A stretch of 64,000 nucleotides of DNA. Origin: an uncultured delta proteobacterium (lineage in GTDB: Bacteria; Myxococcota_A; UBA9160; SZUA-336). The notes beneath the pieces were generated by a model that did not search any database, had not been told where the DNA came from, and saw only the letters and a program-made list of their open reading frames with translations. A program made the translations under genes and the position numbers. The stretch lies in NCBI GenBank assembly GCA_963704165.1, contig CAVPHD010000007.1, positions 128,001 to 192,000 of the forward strand. The letters run 5' to 3'. This document shows, one piece after another, positions 9,644 to 19,283 of this stretch (position 1 is its first letter; each line of letters starts with the position of its first letter).

Positions 9644-10318
9644 ATGGCGAACCGACGACCCCGGGGCAAGGCGAGGCGGGTGGGACGACCGGCGCGGAGC
9701 GAGTCGGCCGACGACGTGCGAGCTCGGCTGGTCGCCGTCGCGCGCGAGCTCTTCGCGAAGCGCGGCTTCGGCGCGGTCGGAATCCGCGAACTCGCGCGCG
9801 CGGCGGACGTGACGCCGGGAATGATCTCCTACTACTTCGGCGGAAAGGTGGGGCTGTACGAGGCGATGCTCGCGTCGGTCTTCGAAGAGCTGCTCGCGCG
9901 CGTCCGTGAGCTCTCCTCGAGACCGGCCGTGGGCACGCCACCGCTCGAGGCGCTGATCCGCCTGTACATCACCACGATCGCGGATCAACCCTGGGTGCCG
10001 ACGCTCCTCGTGCGCGAGATCGTGACCGGGGACTCCGGCGCACGAGCCCGCTTCATCGACCGCTTCGCCTCGCGCGCCGCGGCGCTCCTGCCGAGCCTTC
10101 TCGAAGCGGAGATCTCGAGCGGAAGACTTCGCGCCGACCTCGACCCGAAGCTCGCGGTGCTCTCGCTGTTCGGCATGAGCATCTTCCCGTTCCTCGCGCA
10201 CCCGATCGCCGGAAAGGCGCTCGGCTACGAACTCGACCGCGCGTTCGCCGATCGGCTCGTCGCGCACACCACGAAGCTCTTCTCCGAGGGCGCCGGTCGC
10301 GGCGTGGAGGCGAGATGA
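9644..10318 (+). CDS. TetR/AcrR family transcriptional regulator
   Basis: ARELFAKRGFGAVGIRELARAADVTPGMISYYFGGKVGLY HTH. Confidence 0.93.
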   Translation: MANRRPRGKARRVGRPARSESADDVRARLVAVARELFAKRGFGAVGIRELARAADVTPGMISYYFGGKVGLYEAMLASVFEELLARVRELSSRPAVGTPPLEALIRLYITTIADQPWVPTLLVREIVTGDSGARARFIDRFASRAAALLPSLLEAEISSGRLRADLDPKLAVLSLFGMSIFPFLAHPIAGKALGYELDRAFADRLVAHTTKLFSEGAGRGVEAR

Positions 10319-11301
10319 AGCGAGGATGGATCACGGGCTGTCTCGCGCTCGTCGCGTGTGGCTCCGACCCCGCGGCGGGGCCGGCGGTCGGAACGCTCGA
10401 GCGCGATCGGATCGAGCTCGTCGCGGAAGCGAACGACCCGATCGTGGCGATCCGGGTTCGCGAGGGCGATTCGGTCGTCGAGAATCAGGTGCTGCTCGAG
10501 CTCGACGACGCGCTTCTGGCCGCAAGGAGCGCGCGCGCCGAGGCCGTGCGGGACCAGCTGCGCGCGAGGCTAGCGGAGCTTTCGCGGGGACCGCGTGCCG
10601 AGCGGATCCGGGAGGCGCGTGCCCGGCTCTCGGGTGCCGAGGGCGCCGCGCGCAATGCCCGTTCCGAGTACGAGCGCGTGCGCGCTCTCGAGCAACGGAA
10701 CTTCGAGTCGATGGCGAAGAGCGACCTGATGCGCTCGCGGCTCGACGAGGCGATCGCACGCCTCGATGAAGCGCGGGCGACGCTTGACGCGCTCGAGCGC
10801 GGAACGACCTCGGAAGAGCTCGAGCAGGCGAGAGGCGCGCTGGCCGCCGCGGAGGCCGAGGTCGTCGAGACGGAGATCCGGCGCGCGCGCCTCGAGGTCC
10901 GTGCGCCCCGAGAGGCTCGCGTCGACGCCCTGCCGTTCGAGCGTGGCGAGCGCCCGCCGGCGGGCGCCGTCGTCGCGATTCTGCTCGCGGCGGGTCCGCC
11001 GTACGCGCGCGTCTACGTTCCGGAGGCGCTGCGAGCGCGGATCGCGAGCGGCACGCGCGCGGAGGTTCGCATCGCGGGCCTCGAAGGTGCACTCGAGGGC
11101 GTCGTCCGACAGATCTCCCACGAGGCGGCCTTCACGCCGTACTACGCATTGACCCAATACGACCGCGGCCGGCTCTCGTATCTGGCCGAGGTCGAGATCC
11201 GCGGGGAATCCGCGGCCGAACTTCCGACCGGAGTGCCGGTGGAGGTGCGATTTGAGCTGGAAGCGGCGTCGATCTCGAAGCCGGTGAGCGGTGGACCATG
11301 A
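10315..11301 (+). CDS. HlyD family periplasmic adaptor lipoprotein (YbhG-like)
   Basis: Lipobox LVAC, VREGDSV lipoyl half-motif, coiled coil, AAFTP, GVPVEV. Confidence 0.88.
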   Translation: MKRGWITGCLALVACGSDPAAGPAVGTLERDRIELVAEANDPIVAIRVREGDSVVENQVLLELDDALLAARSARAEAVRDQLRARLAELSRGPRAERIREARARLSGAEGAARNARSEYERVRALEQRNFESMAKSDLMRSRLDEAIARLDEARATLDALERGTTSEELEQARGALAAAEAEVVETEIRRARLEVRAPREARVDALPFERGERPPAGAVVAILLAAGPPYARVYVPEALRARIASGTRAEVRIAGLEGALEGVVRQISHEAAFTPYYALTQYDRGRLSYLAEVEIRGESAAELPTGVPVEVRFELEAASISKPVSGGP

Positions 11302-12242
11302 GCGCCGACGTCGCGATCCGCACGCGTGGACTCACGCGTCGATTCGGTGAGCTCGTCGCCGTGGATCACGTCGATCTCGAGATCCCGCGCGCCGCGATCT
11401 ACGGCTTTCTCGGCCCGAATGGTTCCGGCAAGAGCACGACGATCCGCATGCTCTGCGGCCTGCTCACTCCGACCGAGGGCGAGGCGGAGGTGCTGGGCCT
11501 GGCCATGCCGCGCGACGCCGAGAAGCTGCGCCGGAAGCTCGGCTACATGACGCAGCGCTTCTCGCTCTACGAGGATCTCTCGGTGCGCGAGAACCTCGAG
11601 TTCCTGGCCGAGATCTACTCGCTCGACGCGCCGCGCCGACGCACGCGGATCGCGGAGCTTCTCGACGAGTTCCACCTCGTCGACCGTGCGGCACAGCGCG
11701 CGGGCACGCTCTCGGGAGGTCAGCGTCAGCGGCTCGCGCTCGCCGCTGCGACGCTGCACGAGCCCGAGCTGCTCTTCCTCGACGAGCCGACCAGCGCCGT
11801 CGATCCCCAGAGCCGCCGCGATTTCTGGGAGAGCCTGTTCCAGCTCGTCGAGCGGGGCACGACGATCCTCGTCTCCACGCACTACATGGACGAGGCCGAG
11901 CGCTGCCACGGACTCGCGATCCTCGACCAGGGGCGAGTCGTCGCCGTGGGCTCGCCCGAACGGCTGATGCGCGAGATCGGTGCGGCGGTGATCGAGATCG
12001 AAGCCCCCGAGCTCCGCGAGGCGCGCGTGGTGCTGTCGGGCGTGCGCGAGGTACAGAGCCTCGCGCAGCTCGGACAGCGCCTGCACGCGCTCGTCGATCC
12101 GACGGTGCCCGAGCCGGAATTGCGCATCGCCCGTGCGCTCGAGGCGGCGGGAATCGCCGCACGGGTCGCGCTCGCGCGTCCGAGCCTCGAGGACGTCTTC
12201 GTGGTGGCGACTCGCGGTGCATGGCCGGAGCCGCGGCCGTGA
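11298..12242 (+). CDS. ABC transporter ATP-binding protein (YbhF-like)
   Basis: GPNGSGKST, LSGGQRQR, FLDEPT, STHYMDEAE. Confidence 0.95.
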   Translation: MSADVAIRTRGLTRRFGELVAVDHVDLEIPRAAIYGFLGPNGSGKSTTIRMLCGLLTPTEGEAEVLGLAMPRDAEKLRRKLGYMTQRFSLYEDLSVRENLEFLAEIYSLDAPRRRTRIAELLDEFHLVDRAAQRAGTLSGGQRQRLALAAATLHEPELLFLDEPTSAVDPQSRRDFWESLFQLVERGTTILVSTHYMDEAERCHGLAILDQGRVVAVGSPERLMREIGAAVIEIEAPELREARVVLSGVREVQSLAQLGQRLHALVDPTVPEPELRIARALEAAGIAARVALARPSLEDVFVVATRGAWPEPRP

Positions 12243-13360
12243 CGCGCATCGCGCGCTCCCTCTCGCGCATCGCCGCGATCGCACGCAAGGAGTTCCGCCA
12301 CCTGCGCCGCGACCGGCTCACCGGCGGAATGGTCGCGGGCGTGCCGCTGATGATGACGATCCTGTTCGGCTACGCGATCAACCAGGACGTCCGTCACCTG
12401 CGCGCCGGTGTCGTGGACCTGGCGGGAACGCAGAGCGCACGCCTCCTCGTCCAGGATGCGCAGGCGACGCAAGTGATCGACGTCGTCGAGTCCCCGAGCT
12501 CCGTCGCGGCGCTCGAGCAGCTGCTCGTCCAGGGTCGGATCTCGGTCGGGATCGTGATCCCCGCCGATCTCGAGCGCCGTGTCGCGATCGGCGATCGCGC
12601 GGGCGCGCAGCTGCTCGTCGACGGTGGAGATCCGATCGTGCTCGGCGCGGCACGGGGCCTCCTCTCGCTGCCGGTCGCGAAACGCTTCGAGGCGCCCGCA
12701 TTCGCGTCCCGGTCGCCCGCGCCGACCTTCGAGCTGCGCGCGTTCTTCAACCCCGAGCGGCGGTCCCCGGTGCACATCGTCCCGGCGCTCTGCGGTGTCA
12801 TCCTCACGCTCACGCTGGTGCTCTTCACCGCCGTCGCGATCGTGCGCGAGCGCGAGCGTGGAAACCTCGAGCTCTTGATCACGACCCCGGTGCAGACGCC
12901 GGAACTCATGATCGGAAAGATCGTGCCCTACGTGCTGATCGGATACGCGCAGGTCACGCTGATTCTCTTGCTCGGCCGCTTCGTCTTCGGCGTGCCGATC
13001 CAGGGAAGTCTCTTCGACCTCTACGTCGGCACCGGCATCTTCGTCGCGGCGTCGCTCACGCTCGGACTCCTGATCTCGACGCTCGCCGAGACCCAGTTCC
13101 AGGCATTCCAGATGGCGTTCGTGACCTTCCTGCCGCAGATCCTGCTTTCGGGGTTCATGTTTCCGTTCGACGGAATGCCGTGGCCCGCGCGCTGGCTGGC
13201 GGAAGCGCTTCCGCTGACGCACTTCCTGCGCATCGTGCGTGGCATCGTCCTGCGCGGCGCGACGCTCGGCGACGTCTGGCCGAGCATCTGGCCGCTGATG
13301 CTCTTCTTCACGCTCGCGATCGGCCTCGCGATCGCGCGCTTCCGGAAGCGCCTGGACTGA
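12239..13360 (+). CDS. ABC-2 permease (YbhS/YbhR-like)
   Basis: RKEFRHLRRD, IVRERERGNLE, LLSGFMFP..GMP; GTG overlaps the upstream stop. Confidence 0.92.
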   Translation: MTRIARSLSRIAAIARKEFRHLRRDRLTGGMVAGVPLMMTILFGYAINQDVRHLRAGVVDLAGTQSARLLVQDAQATQVIDVVESPSSVAALEQLLVQGRISVGIVIPADLERRVAIGDRAGAQLLVDGGDPIVLGAARGLLSLPVAKRFEAPAFASRSPAPTFELRAFFNPERRSPVHIVPALCGVILTLTLVLFTAVAIVRERERGNLELLITTPVQTPELMIGKIVPYVLIGYAQVTLILLLGRFVFGVPIQGSLFDLYVGTGIFVAASLTLGLLISTLAETQFQAFQMAFVTFLPQILLSGFMFPFDGMPWPARWLAEALPLTHFLRIVRGIVLRGATLGDVWPSIWPLMLFFTLAIGLAIARFRKRLD

Positions 13361-13405
13361 CGGGCTGCGCGCGCTCGGGTACCTTGCCGCCACCTCCCCC
13401 CCGGA

Positions 13406-14275
13406 GTGCACATGCTCGAGAAGTGGCAGGCCGCGGTGCTCGGACTGGTCGAGGGAATCACCGAGTACCTGCCGGTGAGTTCGACGGGCCACCTGATCCT
13501 CGCGTCGTCGCTGCTGGGACTCGACGATCCGAAGACCAAGTCCGCGCTCGACGCGTTCTCGATCGTCATCCAGGGCGGCGCGATTCTCGCGGTGCTCGGG
13601 CTCTACTGGCCGCGCGTGCTCCAGATGCTGCGCGGATTCGCCGGGCGCGATCCGATCGGCAGGCGACTGCTCGCGAACATCGCGATCGCGTTCCTGCCCG
13701 CCGCGGTGCTCGGGCCGCTGATCGACGACTGGCTCGAGGCCCATCTGTTCCGTCCCGCACCGGTCCTGGGCGCGCTCTTCGTCGGTGGGGTCTGGATGAT
13801 CTGGCTCGACCGGGATCGGAGCCGGGCAGCGGAATCGCCCGCGCAGGCGCTCGAGGCGCTCCACTGGCGACAGGCGCTCGCAATCGGATTGCTTCAGTGC
13901 GTCGCGATGTGGCCGGGAACGTCGCGTTCGATGATGACCATCGCCGGCGGCACCTGGGTCGGGCTGCGCCCGCGCGAGGCGGCGGAGTTCTCGTTCCTGC
14001 TCGGACTGCCGACCTTGGGAGCGGCCTGTCTGTACAAGTTGGCGAAGAACCTGATCGCCGCGTCGCGCGACGGAACTCCCGACCTGATCGAGACGCTCGG
14101 CGCGGGCTCGGTGATGCTGGGTCTCGCCGTCGCGACGCTCTCCGCCGCCCTCGCGGTCCGCTGGCTCGTCGCATTCCTGAACCGACACGGGCTCGCGGCC
14201 TTCGGCTGGTATCGGATCGGTCTCTGCGCCGTCATGGGGATCGCGCTCTTTGCCGGGTGGGTGAGGATCGTATGA
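13406..14275 (+). CDS. uppP: Undecaprenyl-diphosphate phosphatase
   Basis: [37 protein letters not shown]. Confidence 0.95.
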   Translation: MHMLEKWQAAVLGLVEGITEYLPVSSTGHLILASSLLGLDDPKTKSALDAFSIVIQGGAILAVLGLYWPRVLQMLRGFAGRDPIGRRLLANIAIAFLPAAVLGPLIDDWLEAHLFRPAPVLGALFVGGVWMIWLDRDRSRAAESPAQALEALHWRQALAIGLLQCVAMWPGTSRSMMTIAGGTWVGLRPREAAEFSFLLGLPTLGAACLYKLAKNLIAASRDGTPDLIETLGAGSVMLGLAVATLSAALAVRWLVAFLNRHGLAAFGWYRIGLCAVMGIALFAGWVRIV

Positions 14276-14997
14276 CCGAGCCGATCTCGGGAGTCTCGGT
14301 CGTCGTCCCCGTCTTCGACGAAGAGGACAACATCGCCCCGCTCGCGGTGGAGATCGAGGCGGTCCTCGGCCGGCTCGAGCTTCCGAACGAGGGGATCTTC
14401 GTCGATGACGGCAGCCGCGATGCGACACGCGTGCGTGTACTCGAAGCGATCGCGCGCCATCCGAGACTCCGACTGGTGGTCCTTCCGCGAAATCAGGGCC
14501 AATCGGCGGCTCTGGTCGCGGGCGTGCGCGCCGCTCGCATGAGCCATGTGGTGACACTGGACGGGGATCTCCAGAACGATCCGGCCGATCTGCCGCGCCT
14601 GCTCGATCGAGCCCGAGCCTGCGACGTGGTGATCGGACGGCGCGCCGAACGTCGAGACACGCTCGCGCGGCGGCTCGCGGGTCGCGTCGCCAACGCCGTC
14701 CGCCGCGCCGTTCTCGGTGACGGTGCCTCCGACACCGGTTGCTCGCTGAAGCTCTTCCCCGCCTCGACCTTTCTCGCGCTGCCGCGCTTCGACGGCATGC
14801 ACCGCTTCCTTCCCGCGCTCTTCCGCCATCAGGGACTCAGCGTGTGCGAGATCGACGTCAAGCACCGGGAGCGGCGAGCGGGGCGGTCGAAGTACACGAA
14901 CCTCGCGCGTCTGCGACGGACGATCTTCGATCTTGCCGGGGTCTGGTGGCTCGCGAAGCGAACGATCCGCCTCGACGGGAGCGACGACGCGTCCTAG
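14272..14997 (+). CDS. GT2 polyprenol-phosphate glycosyltransferase (ArnC/DPM1-like)
   Basis: [54 protein letters not shown] overlaps the uppP stop. Confidence 0.9.
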   Translation: MTEPISGVSVVVPVFDEEDNIAPLAVEIEAVLGRLELPNEGIFVDDGSRDATRVRVLEAIARHPRLRLVVLPRNQGQSAALVAGVRAARMSHVVTLDGDLQNDPADLPRLLDRARACDVVIGRRAERRDTLARRLAGRVANAVRRAVLGDGASDTGCSLKLFPASTFLALPRFDGMHRFLPALFRHQGLSVCEIDVKHRERRAGRSKYTNLARLRRTIFDLAGVWWLAKRTIRLDGSDDAS

Positions 14998-16460
14998 CCC
15001 TGCGTGTCGCCCCTGCGGGAGATTTGGAAGAGATCGAGGAACCAGGGATGCTCGCGGGCGACTTCGTACAAGCGCTCGCGTTCGTCGAGCGACAGGTTCA
15101 TGATCCCTTGGCGCTCCATCTCTTCCACGCGCACGACCACGACGCTCCGCTGCGCCCCGTAGGCGAGGAGGAACGCCGGAACCCAGGCGAGTGCGAAGCC
15201 GACGGCGCGTCCGCGAAGCGCCGATCCCAGCGCGATGGCGAACGACGAAAGGACGACCCCGGCGACCAGAGCGACCGGGAGCACGGACCAGCCGTCGATC
15301 CAGACGAAGAAAAGAGCGAGCAGTCCCGTCCCGACGAGTCCCGCGAGCGCGAGCGGCGTGCCGAAGACGCGCGCGATCCAGGCGCGACCGCGCGGAGCCA
15401 GCGCGGTGATCGACTCGGCACAGAGCAACGCGAGACCCGGCAGCATCGCGAGCGTGTAGTGATTCTGTTTCTGCGGCAGCAGAGAGAATGCGACGAACGG
15501 CACCAGGAACGTCAGCGCGGCGAAGCGCAGTCGCGGTTCGTCGCTGTACACGCGCGTCGTCCAGAGTCGCCACGCGACGACGGGCAGCAGCAGGCTCGCA
15601 GGTGCCGCGCGCGCGGGCAGGACCGCGACATACCACCAGATCGGCCGGAAATGCGCGGCGTCCTTGCCCGGCTGTGGAGCGGCACCGAGCGGCATCAGGA
15701 GATCGTTCCACAACGTCTCGAACGCTCCGGGCACGACCGCGAGGATCGCCGCGTACCAGGACAGGCCGATCGCGAACGCGAGTCCGCAGGACGCGAGGAC
15801 TCCGCGGTCGCGCAATCGCCCAAGCTGGTGTTGCAGCGCCAGGAAGACCAGGATGGGCAGGGCGACGATCAGAAGCACGGCCGTCGCCTTGGTCAGGAAG
15901 GCGAGGCCCGCGAGAACTCCGAACAACGGCAGCAGCGCCCGGTGCCGCGTCGCGTGCGCTCGATCGAAGACGAAGAGCGACGCGAAGCAGAGCAGCGCGA
16001 GCAGCATCTCCGCATCGCCCCGACGCCCCGATGCGGGAATCTGGATCATCGCGACCAAGGCGGCCCCGGCCGCGAGTCCCATGCCGTGTCCGCCGAGCGC
16101 GCCGCCCCAGCGGATCACGACGGCGGCGAGCGCGACGGCGGCGAGCGCGGAGGGCAGGCGCACCGCGATCGTTCCCGTGTCGCCGAGCAGCGTCGCGGTG
16201 GCCGCGCCGGCCCAGTAGAAGAGCGGCGGCTTCTGAAGCCGCACCTTTCGGCCGAGGTGAGGGACCAGCCAATCACCGGACTCGACCATTTTCTGGGCGA
16301 CGAGCTGGCAACGTGTCTCGCTCTTCCGACCCGGAGGTTCGATTCCGAGGTTCACGAAGAGCAGGAGGGAGAGTCCGGCCAGAAGTGCGACGGCCGCGGC
16401 CCGTGCTGCGAATCTGCTCGCGGTCCAGGCGCCGCGCTGGATTTCGTTTCCGCCGCTCAT
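14994..16460 (-). CDS. ArnT/GT83-GT39 family membrane glycosyltransferase
   Basis: KMVESGDWLVPHL, QKPPLFYW, VRLPSALA, LAFLTK, QKQNHY.L..LP; multi-TM. Confidence 0.88.
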   Translation of the reverse strand: MSGGNEIQRGAWTASRFAARAAAVALLAGLSLLLFVNLGIEPPGRKSETRCQLVAQKMVESGDWLVPHLGRKVRLQKPPLFYWAGAATATLLGDTGTIAVRLPSALAAVALAAVVIRWGGALGGHGMGLAAGAALVAMIQIPASGRRGDAEMLLALLCFASLFVFDRAHATRHRALLPLFGVLAGLAFLTKATAVLLIVALPILVFLALQHQLGRLRDRGVLASCGLAFAIGLSWYAAILAVVPGAFETLWNDLLMPLGAAPQPGKDAAHFRPIWWYVAVLPARAAPASLLLPVVAWRLWTTRVYSDEPRLRFAALTFLVPFVAFSLLPQKQNHYTLAMLPGLALLCAESITALAPRGRAWIARVFGTPLALAGLVGTGLLALFFVWIDGWSVLPVALVAGVVLSSFAIALGSALRGRAVGFALAWVPAFLLAYGAQRSVVVVRVEEMERQGIMNLSLDERERLYEVAREHPWFLDLFQISRRGDTQG

Positions 16461-16526
16461 CGAAGAGCAGTCGATAGCACAAAGACCCCTTGACAGTCTC
16501 CGGGTGCACACGCGAGGCTCGCACCG

Positions 16527-16595
16527 ATGTCTCGTCCTCTTCGACGCGGTTCCGTCTCGATGCGATCGCAGCTCTGCGCGGAGATTTCCGTGTAG
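16527..16595 (+). CDS. Putative attenuator leader peptide MSRPLRRGSVSMRSQLCAEISV
   Basis: Short ORF downstream of TTGACA (16490-16495) whose stop abuts an antiterminator-capable segment. Confidence 0.45.
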   Translation: MSRPLRRGSVSMRSQLCAEISV

Positions 16596-16623
16596 CCGGA
16601 GGGGATCGAGGTCTGTTTCCACG

Positions 16624-16664
16624 AACGCCCCTCCGGAGTCCTCCGGAGGGGCGTTTCGCATTTC
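16624..16664 (+). terminator. Attenuator/terminator-like hairpin in the 5' leader of the ABC-2 operon
   Basis: AACGCCCCTCCGGA-GTCC-TCCGGAGGGGCGTT forms a 14-bp stem, followed by the weakly U-rich TCGCATTTC. Confidence 0.7.
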
Positions 16665-16676
16665 GGGGAGTCGTCC

Positions 16677-17678
16677 ATGTCGTCCGCCATCGAGCTCGAA
16701 CACCTGCGCAAGACGTTTCGCGTCGCGGAACGCGCTCGTGGCATTTCGGGCGCGCTTCGGGCGCTGGTATCGAAGCGCACGCGCGAGGTCGTCGCGGTGG
16801 ACGACGTCTCGTTCGCGATCGCGCCGGGAGAGCGCGTCGCCTTCGTCGGCCCGAACGGCGCCGGGAAGTCGACGACGCTGAAGGTGCTCTCCGGGATCCT
16901 GCAGCCGAGCGCGGGCCGGGTGCGCGTGCTCGGTCTCGACCCGGGCCGCGACCGCACTCGGCTCGCGTACCGGATCGGCGTCGTCTTCGGCCAGCGTTCG
17001 CAGCTCTGGTCTCACCTGCCGGCGGCCGACACGTTCGACCTGCTCGCGCGGATCTACGAGCTTCCGCCTCGCGAGTACCGGCAGCGACTGCGCGAGCTCG
17101 TCGGGAGCTTCGCGATCGCAGAGGTCGTCGAGAAACCCGTGCGGCAGCTCTCGCTGGGCGAGCGCATGCGCTGCGAGCTGGTGGCGAGCCTGCTGCACCG
17201 TCCCGAGATCCTCTTCCTCGACGAGCCCACGATCGGTCTCGACGTGGTGGCGAAGGCGACGATTCGCGAGCTGCTCCGCGAGCGCGCTCGACGCGACGGC
17301 TGCACGATCCTGCTCACGTCGCACGACACCGGCGACATGCAAGGTGTCTGCGAGCGCGTGCTCGTGATCCACCGCGGGCGACTCCTGCTCGATCGCCCGA
17401 TCGACGCACTGCGCAAGCGCTTCATCCCCAGGAAGCGGATCTCGATCGTCACCGAGGAGGCCGACGTTCGCGTCGATCTGCCGGGCGTACGCCGTCTGCC
17501 GAGTCCGCCCCACCGTACCGAGCTCGAGGTCGATCTCGCGCGGATCGGCATCGATCGGGTCGTGGCGGAGATCGTCTCGAACGCGCGGGTGCTCGACCTC
17601 TCCGTCGAGGATCCGCCGATGGACGAGATCGTGGCGGCGATCTACGCGGGCGAAGCACCCGGCGAGCTCCGTCGATGA
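16677..17678 (+). CDS. ABC transporter ATP-binding protein (NatA/DrrA-like)
   Basis: GPNGAGKST, VVFGQRSQLW, LSLGERMRCE, LTSHD. Confidence 0.94.
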   Translation: MSSAIELEHLRKTFRVAERARGISGALRALVSKRTREVVAVDDVSFAIAPGERVAFVGPNGAGKSTTLKVLSGILQPSAGRVRVLGLDPGRDRTRLAYRIGVVFGQRSQLWSHLPAADTFDLLARIYELPPREYRQRLRELVGSFAIAEVVEKPVRQLSLGERMRCELVASLLHRPEILFLDEPTIGLDVVAKATIRELLRERARRDGCTILLTSHDTGDMQGVCERVLVIHRGRLLLDRPIDALRKRFIPRKRISIVTEEADVRVDLPGVRRLPSPPHRTELEVDLARIGIDRVVAEIVSNARVLDLSVEDPPMDEIVAAIYAGEAPGELRR

Positions 17679-18487
17679 GCCCCTCGCGGACTCGCGGCGC
17701 GACGGGGAAGTACCTCGCGATCGCGCTCACCTCGGCGCGCCGTGCGCTGGCGGAACGGGGCGCGCTCGCGGGCCGCGTCGTCTTCCTGGGCGTGATCCTG
17801 TTCATCTTCTCTCGCGTCTGGGGGACGGTGCTCGGGCACGGCGCGGTCGCGATCGAGGGTGCAGGCAAGACCGAGCTGATCTGGTACCTCGCCGTCACCG
17901 AATGGTGTGTGCTCTCGGTTCCGCCGACCTACCTCGCGATCGAGGAGGACGTGCGCTCGGGCGAGATCGCCTGCCGGCTCGTGCGGCCGGTTTCATACCT
18001 CGGCGCAATGCTCGCGGAGGCGCTCGGCGAGACGGGCCTGCGTCTCTGCGTGCTCGGTCCGGCCGCGGCCTCGATGGCCTTCGCGCTCGCGGGCGGCCTC
18101 CCGGCCGACCCGCTCGGTCTTCTCCTCGCGATTCCGCTCGGGCCGTTGGCGAGCGCGCTCGCCGTTCTCTCGACGGCGGCGATCGGCCTGTCCGCGTTCT
18201 GGATCGTCGACACCAGCCCGATCTACTGGGTCTGGCAGAAGCTCGCCTTCGTGCTCGGTGGGTTGCTCCTGCCCCTCGAGCTCTATCCGGAATGGCTGCG
18301 TGCGCTCGCGCACCTGTCGCCGTTCCCCGCGATGATCTGGGGGCCGGGCCGAATGGCGTTCGGCTTCGCGCCCGAAGCCGCGCTCGAAACGATCGTCGAT
18401 CTCTCGATCTGGGGTGCGCTCATCGCGGCCGGGCTCGCGTGGCTCTCCCGAAGGGCCCGACGGCGGCTCAGCGTGAATGGGGGCTAG
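17675..18487 (+). CDS. ABC-2 family permease (DUF990/ABC2_membrane_6-like)
   Basis: EDVRSGEIA..LVRP, LSAFW, LGGLLLPLELYPEWL; ATGA overlap. Confidence 0.85.
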   Translation: MSPSRTRGATGKYLAIALTSARRALAERGALAGRVVFLGVILFIFSRVWGTVLGHGAVAIEGAGKTELIWYLAVTEWCVLSVPPTYLAIEEDVRSGEIACRLVRPVSYLGAMLAEALGETGLRLCVLGPAAASMAFALAGGLPADPLGLLLAIPLGPLASALAVLSTAAIGLSAFWIVDTSPIYWVWQKLAFVLGGLLLPLELYPEWLRALAHLSPFPAMIWGPGRMAFGFAPEAALETIVDLSIWGALIAAGLAWLSRRARRRLSVNGG

Positions 18488-18488
18488 C

Positions 18489-19283
18489 GTGACTCGACTC
18501 GTCGGCACGATCCGCTTCGCGCGCGCCCTTCTGGGGATGAATCTGCGCTCGAGCCTGATCCTGCGCGGAGCCTTCTGGCTGCAGGCGGGCTTCATGGTGC
18601 TGAACAACCTGGCGTTCTTCTCGATCTGGTGGCTCCTCTTCGAGCGCTTCCCGGAGATCGGCGGGTGGAGGCTCTCCGACGTCGTGACGCTGTTCGGTGT
18701 CGTCGCCTCGGGCTACGGCGCGTCCATCGTCTTCGCGGGTGGCGTTCGCGAACTCGCGCGCGGGATCTCCGATGGAGAGCTCGACTCGGCGCTCGTTCAA
18801 CCCAAGCCGGTTCTGCTGAATCTGGTGGCGTCGCGGACGATCGCCTCGGGCTGGGGCGATCTCGCGACGGGCGTGCTCATGCTCTGGATCGCAGGGGCGC
18901 TCGCGCCATCGATGCTCGCACCGACGGTCGTCGCGGCGGCGTCGAGTGCCTGCATCTTCACCTCGAGCGGCGTGATCCTGCAGAGCCTGGCGTTCTGGAT
19001 CGCCGGCATGGAGACACTCGCACGTCAGATTTCCGAGTTCACGCTGACCTTCAGCCTGTATCCACGTCCGCTGTTCTCGGGCGAGCTGTCCTTCCTTCTC
19101 TACACGATCGTCCCGGCCGGCTTCGTCGGTTTCCTGCCCGCGGAGCTCGTGCGTGCGCCGAGCGCTGCGCTCGTGGCGTCGGTTCTCGGAGCGGCACTCG
19201 GCTGGACGGCGCTCGCCGTCTTCATCTTCGGGCGCGGGCTGCGGCGGTACGCGTCCGGCAACCGGATCGGCGCCCGCTTCTAG
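18489..19283 (+). CDS. ABC-2 family permease (DUF990-like), second subunit
   Basis: IGGW, GELDSALVQP, LAFW, YP..LF, GLRRYASG. Confidence 0.85.
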   Translation: MTRLVGTIRFARALLGMNLRSSLILRGAFWLQAGFMVLNNLAFFSIWWLLFERFPEIGGWRLSDVVTLFGVVASGYGASIVFAGGVRELARGISDGELDSALVQPKPVLLNLVASRTIASGWGDLATGVLMLWIAGALAPSMLAPTVVAAASSACIFTSSGVILQSLAFWIAGMETLARQISEFTLTFSLYPRPLFSGELSFLLYTIVPAGFVGFLPAELVRAPSAALVASVLGAALGWTALAVFIFGRGLRRYASGNRIGARF

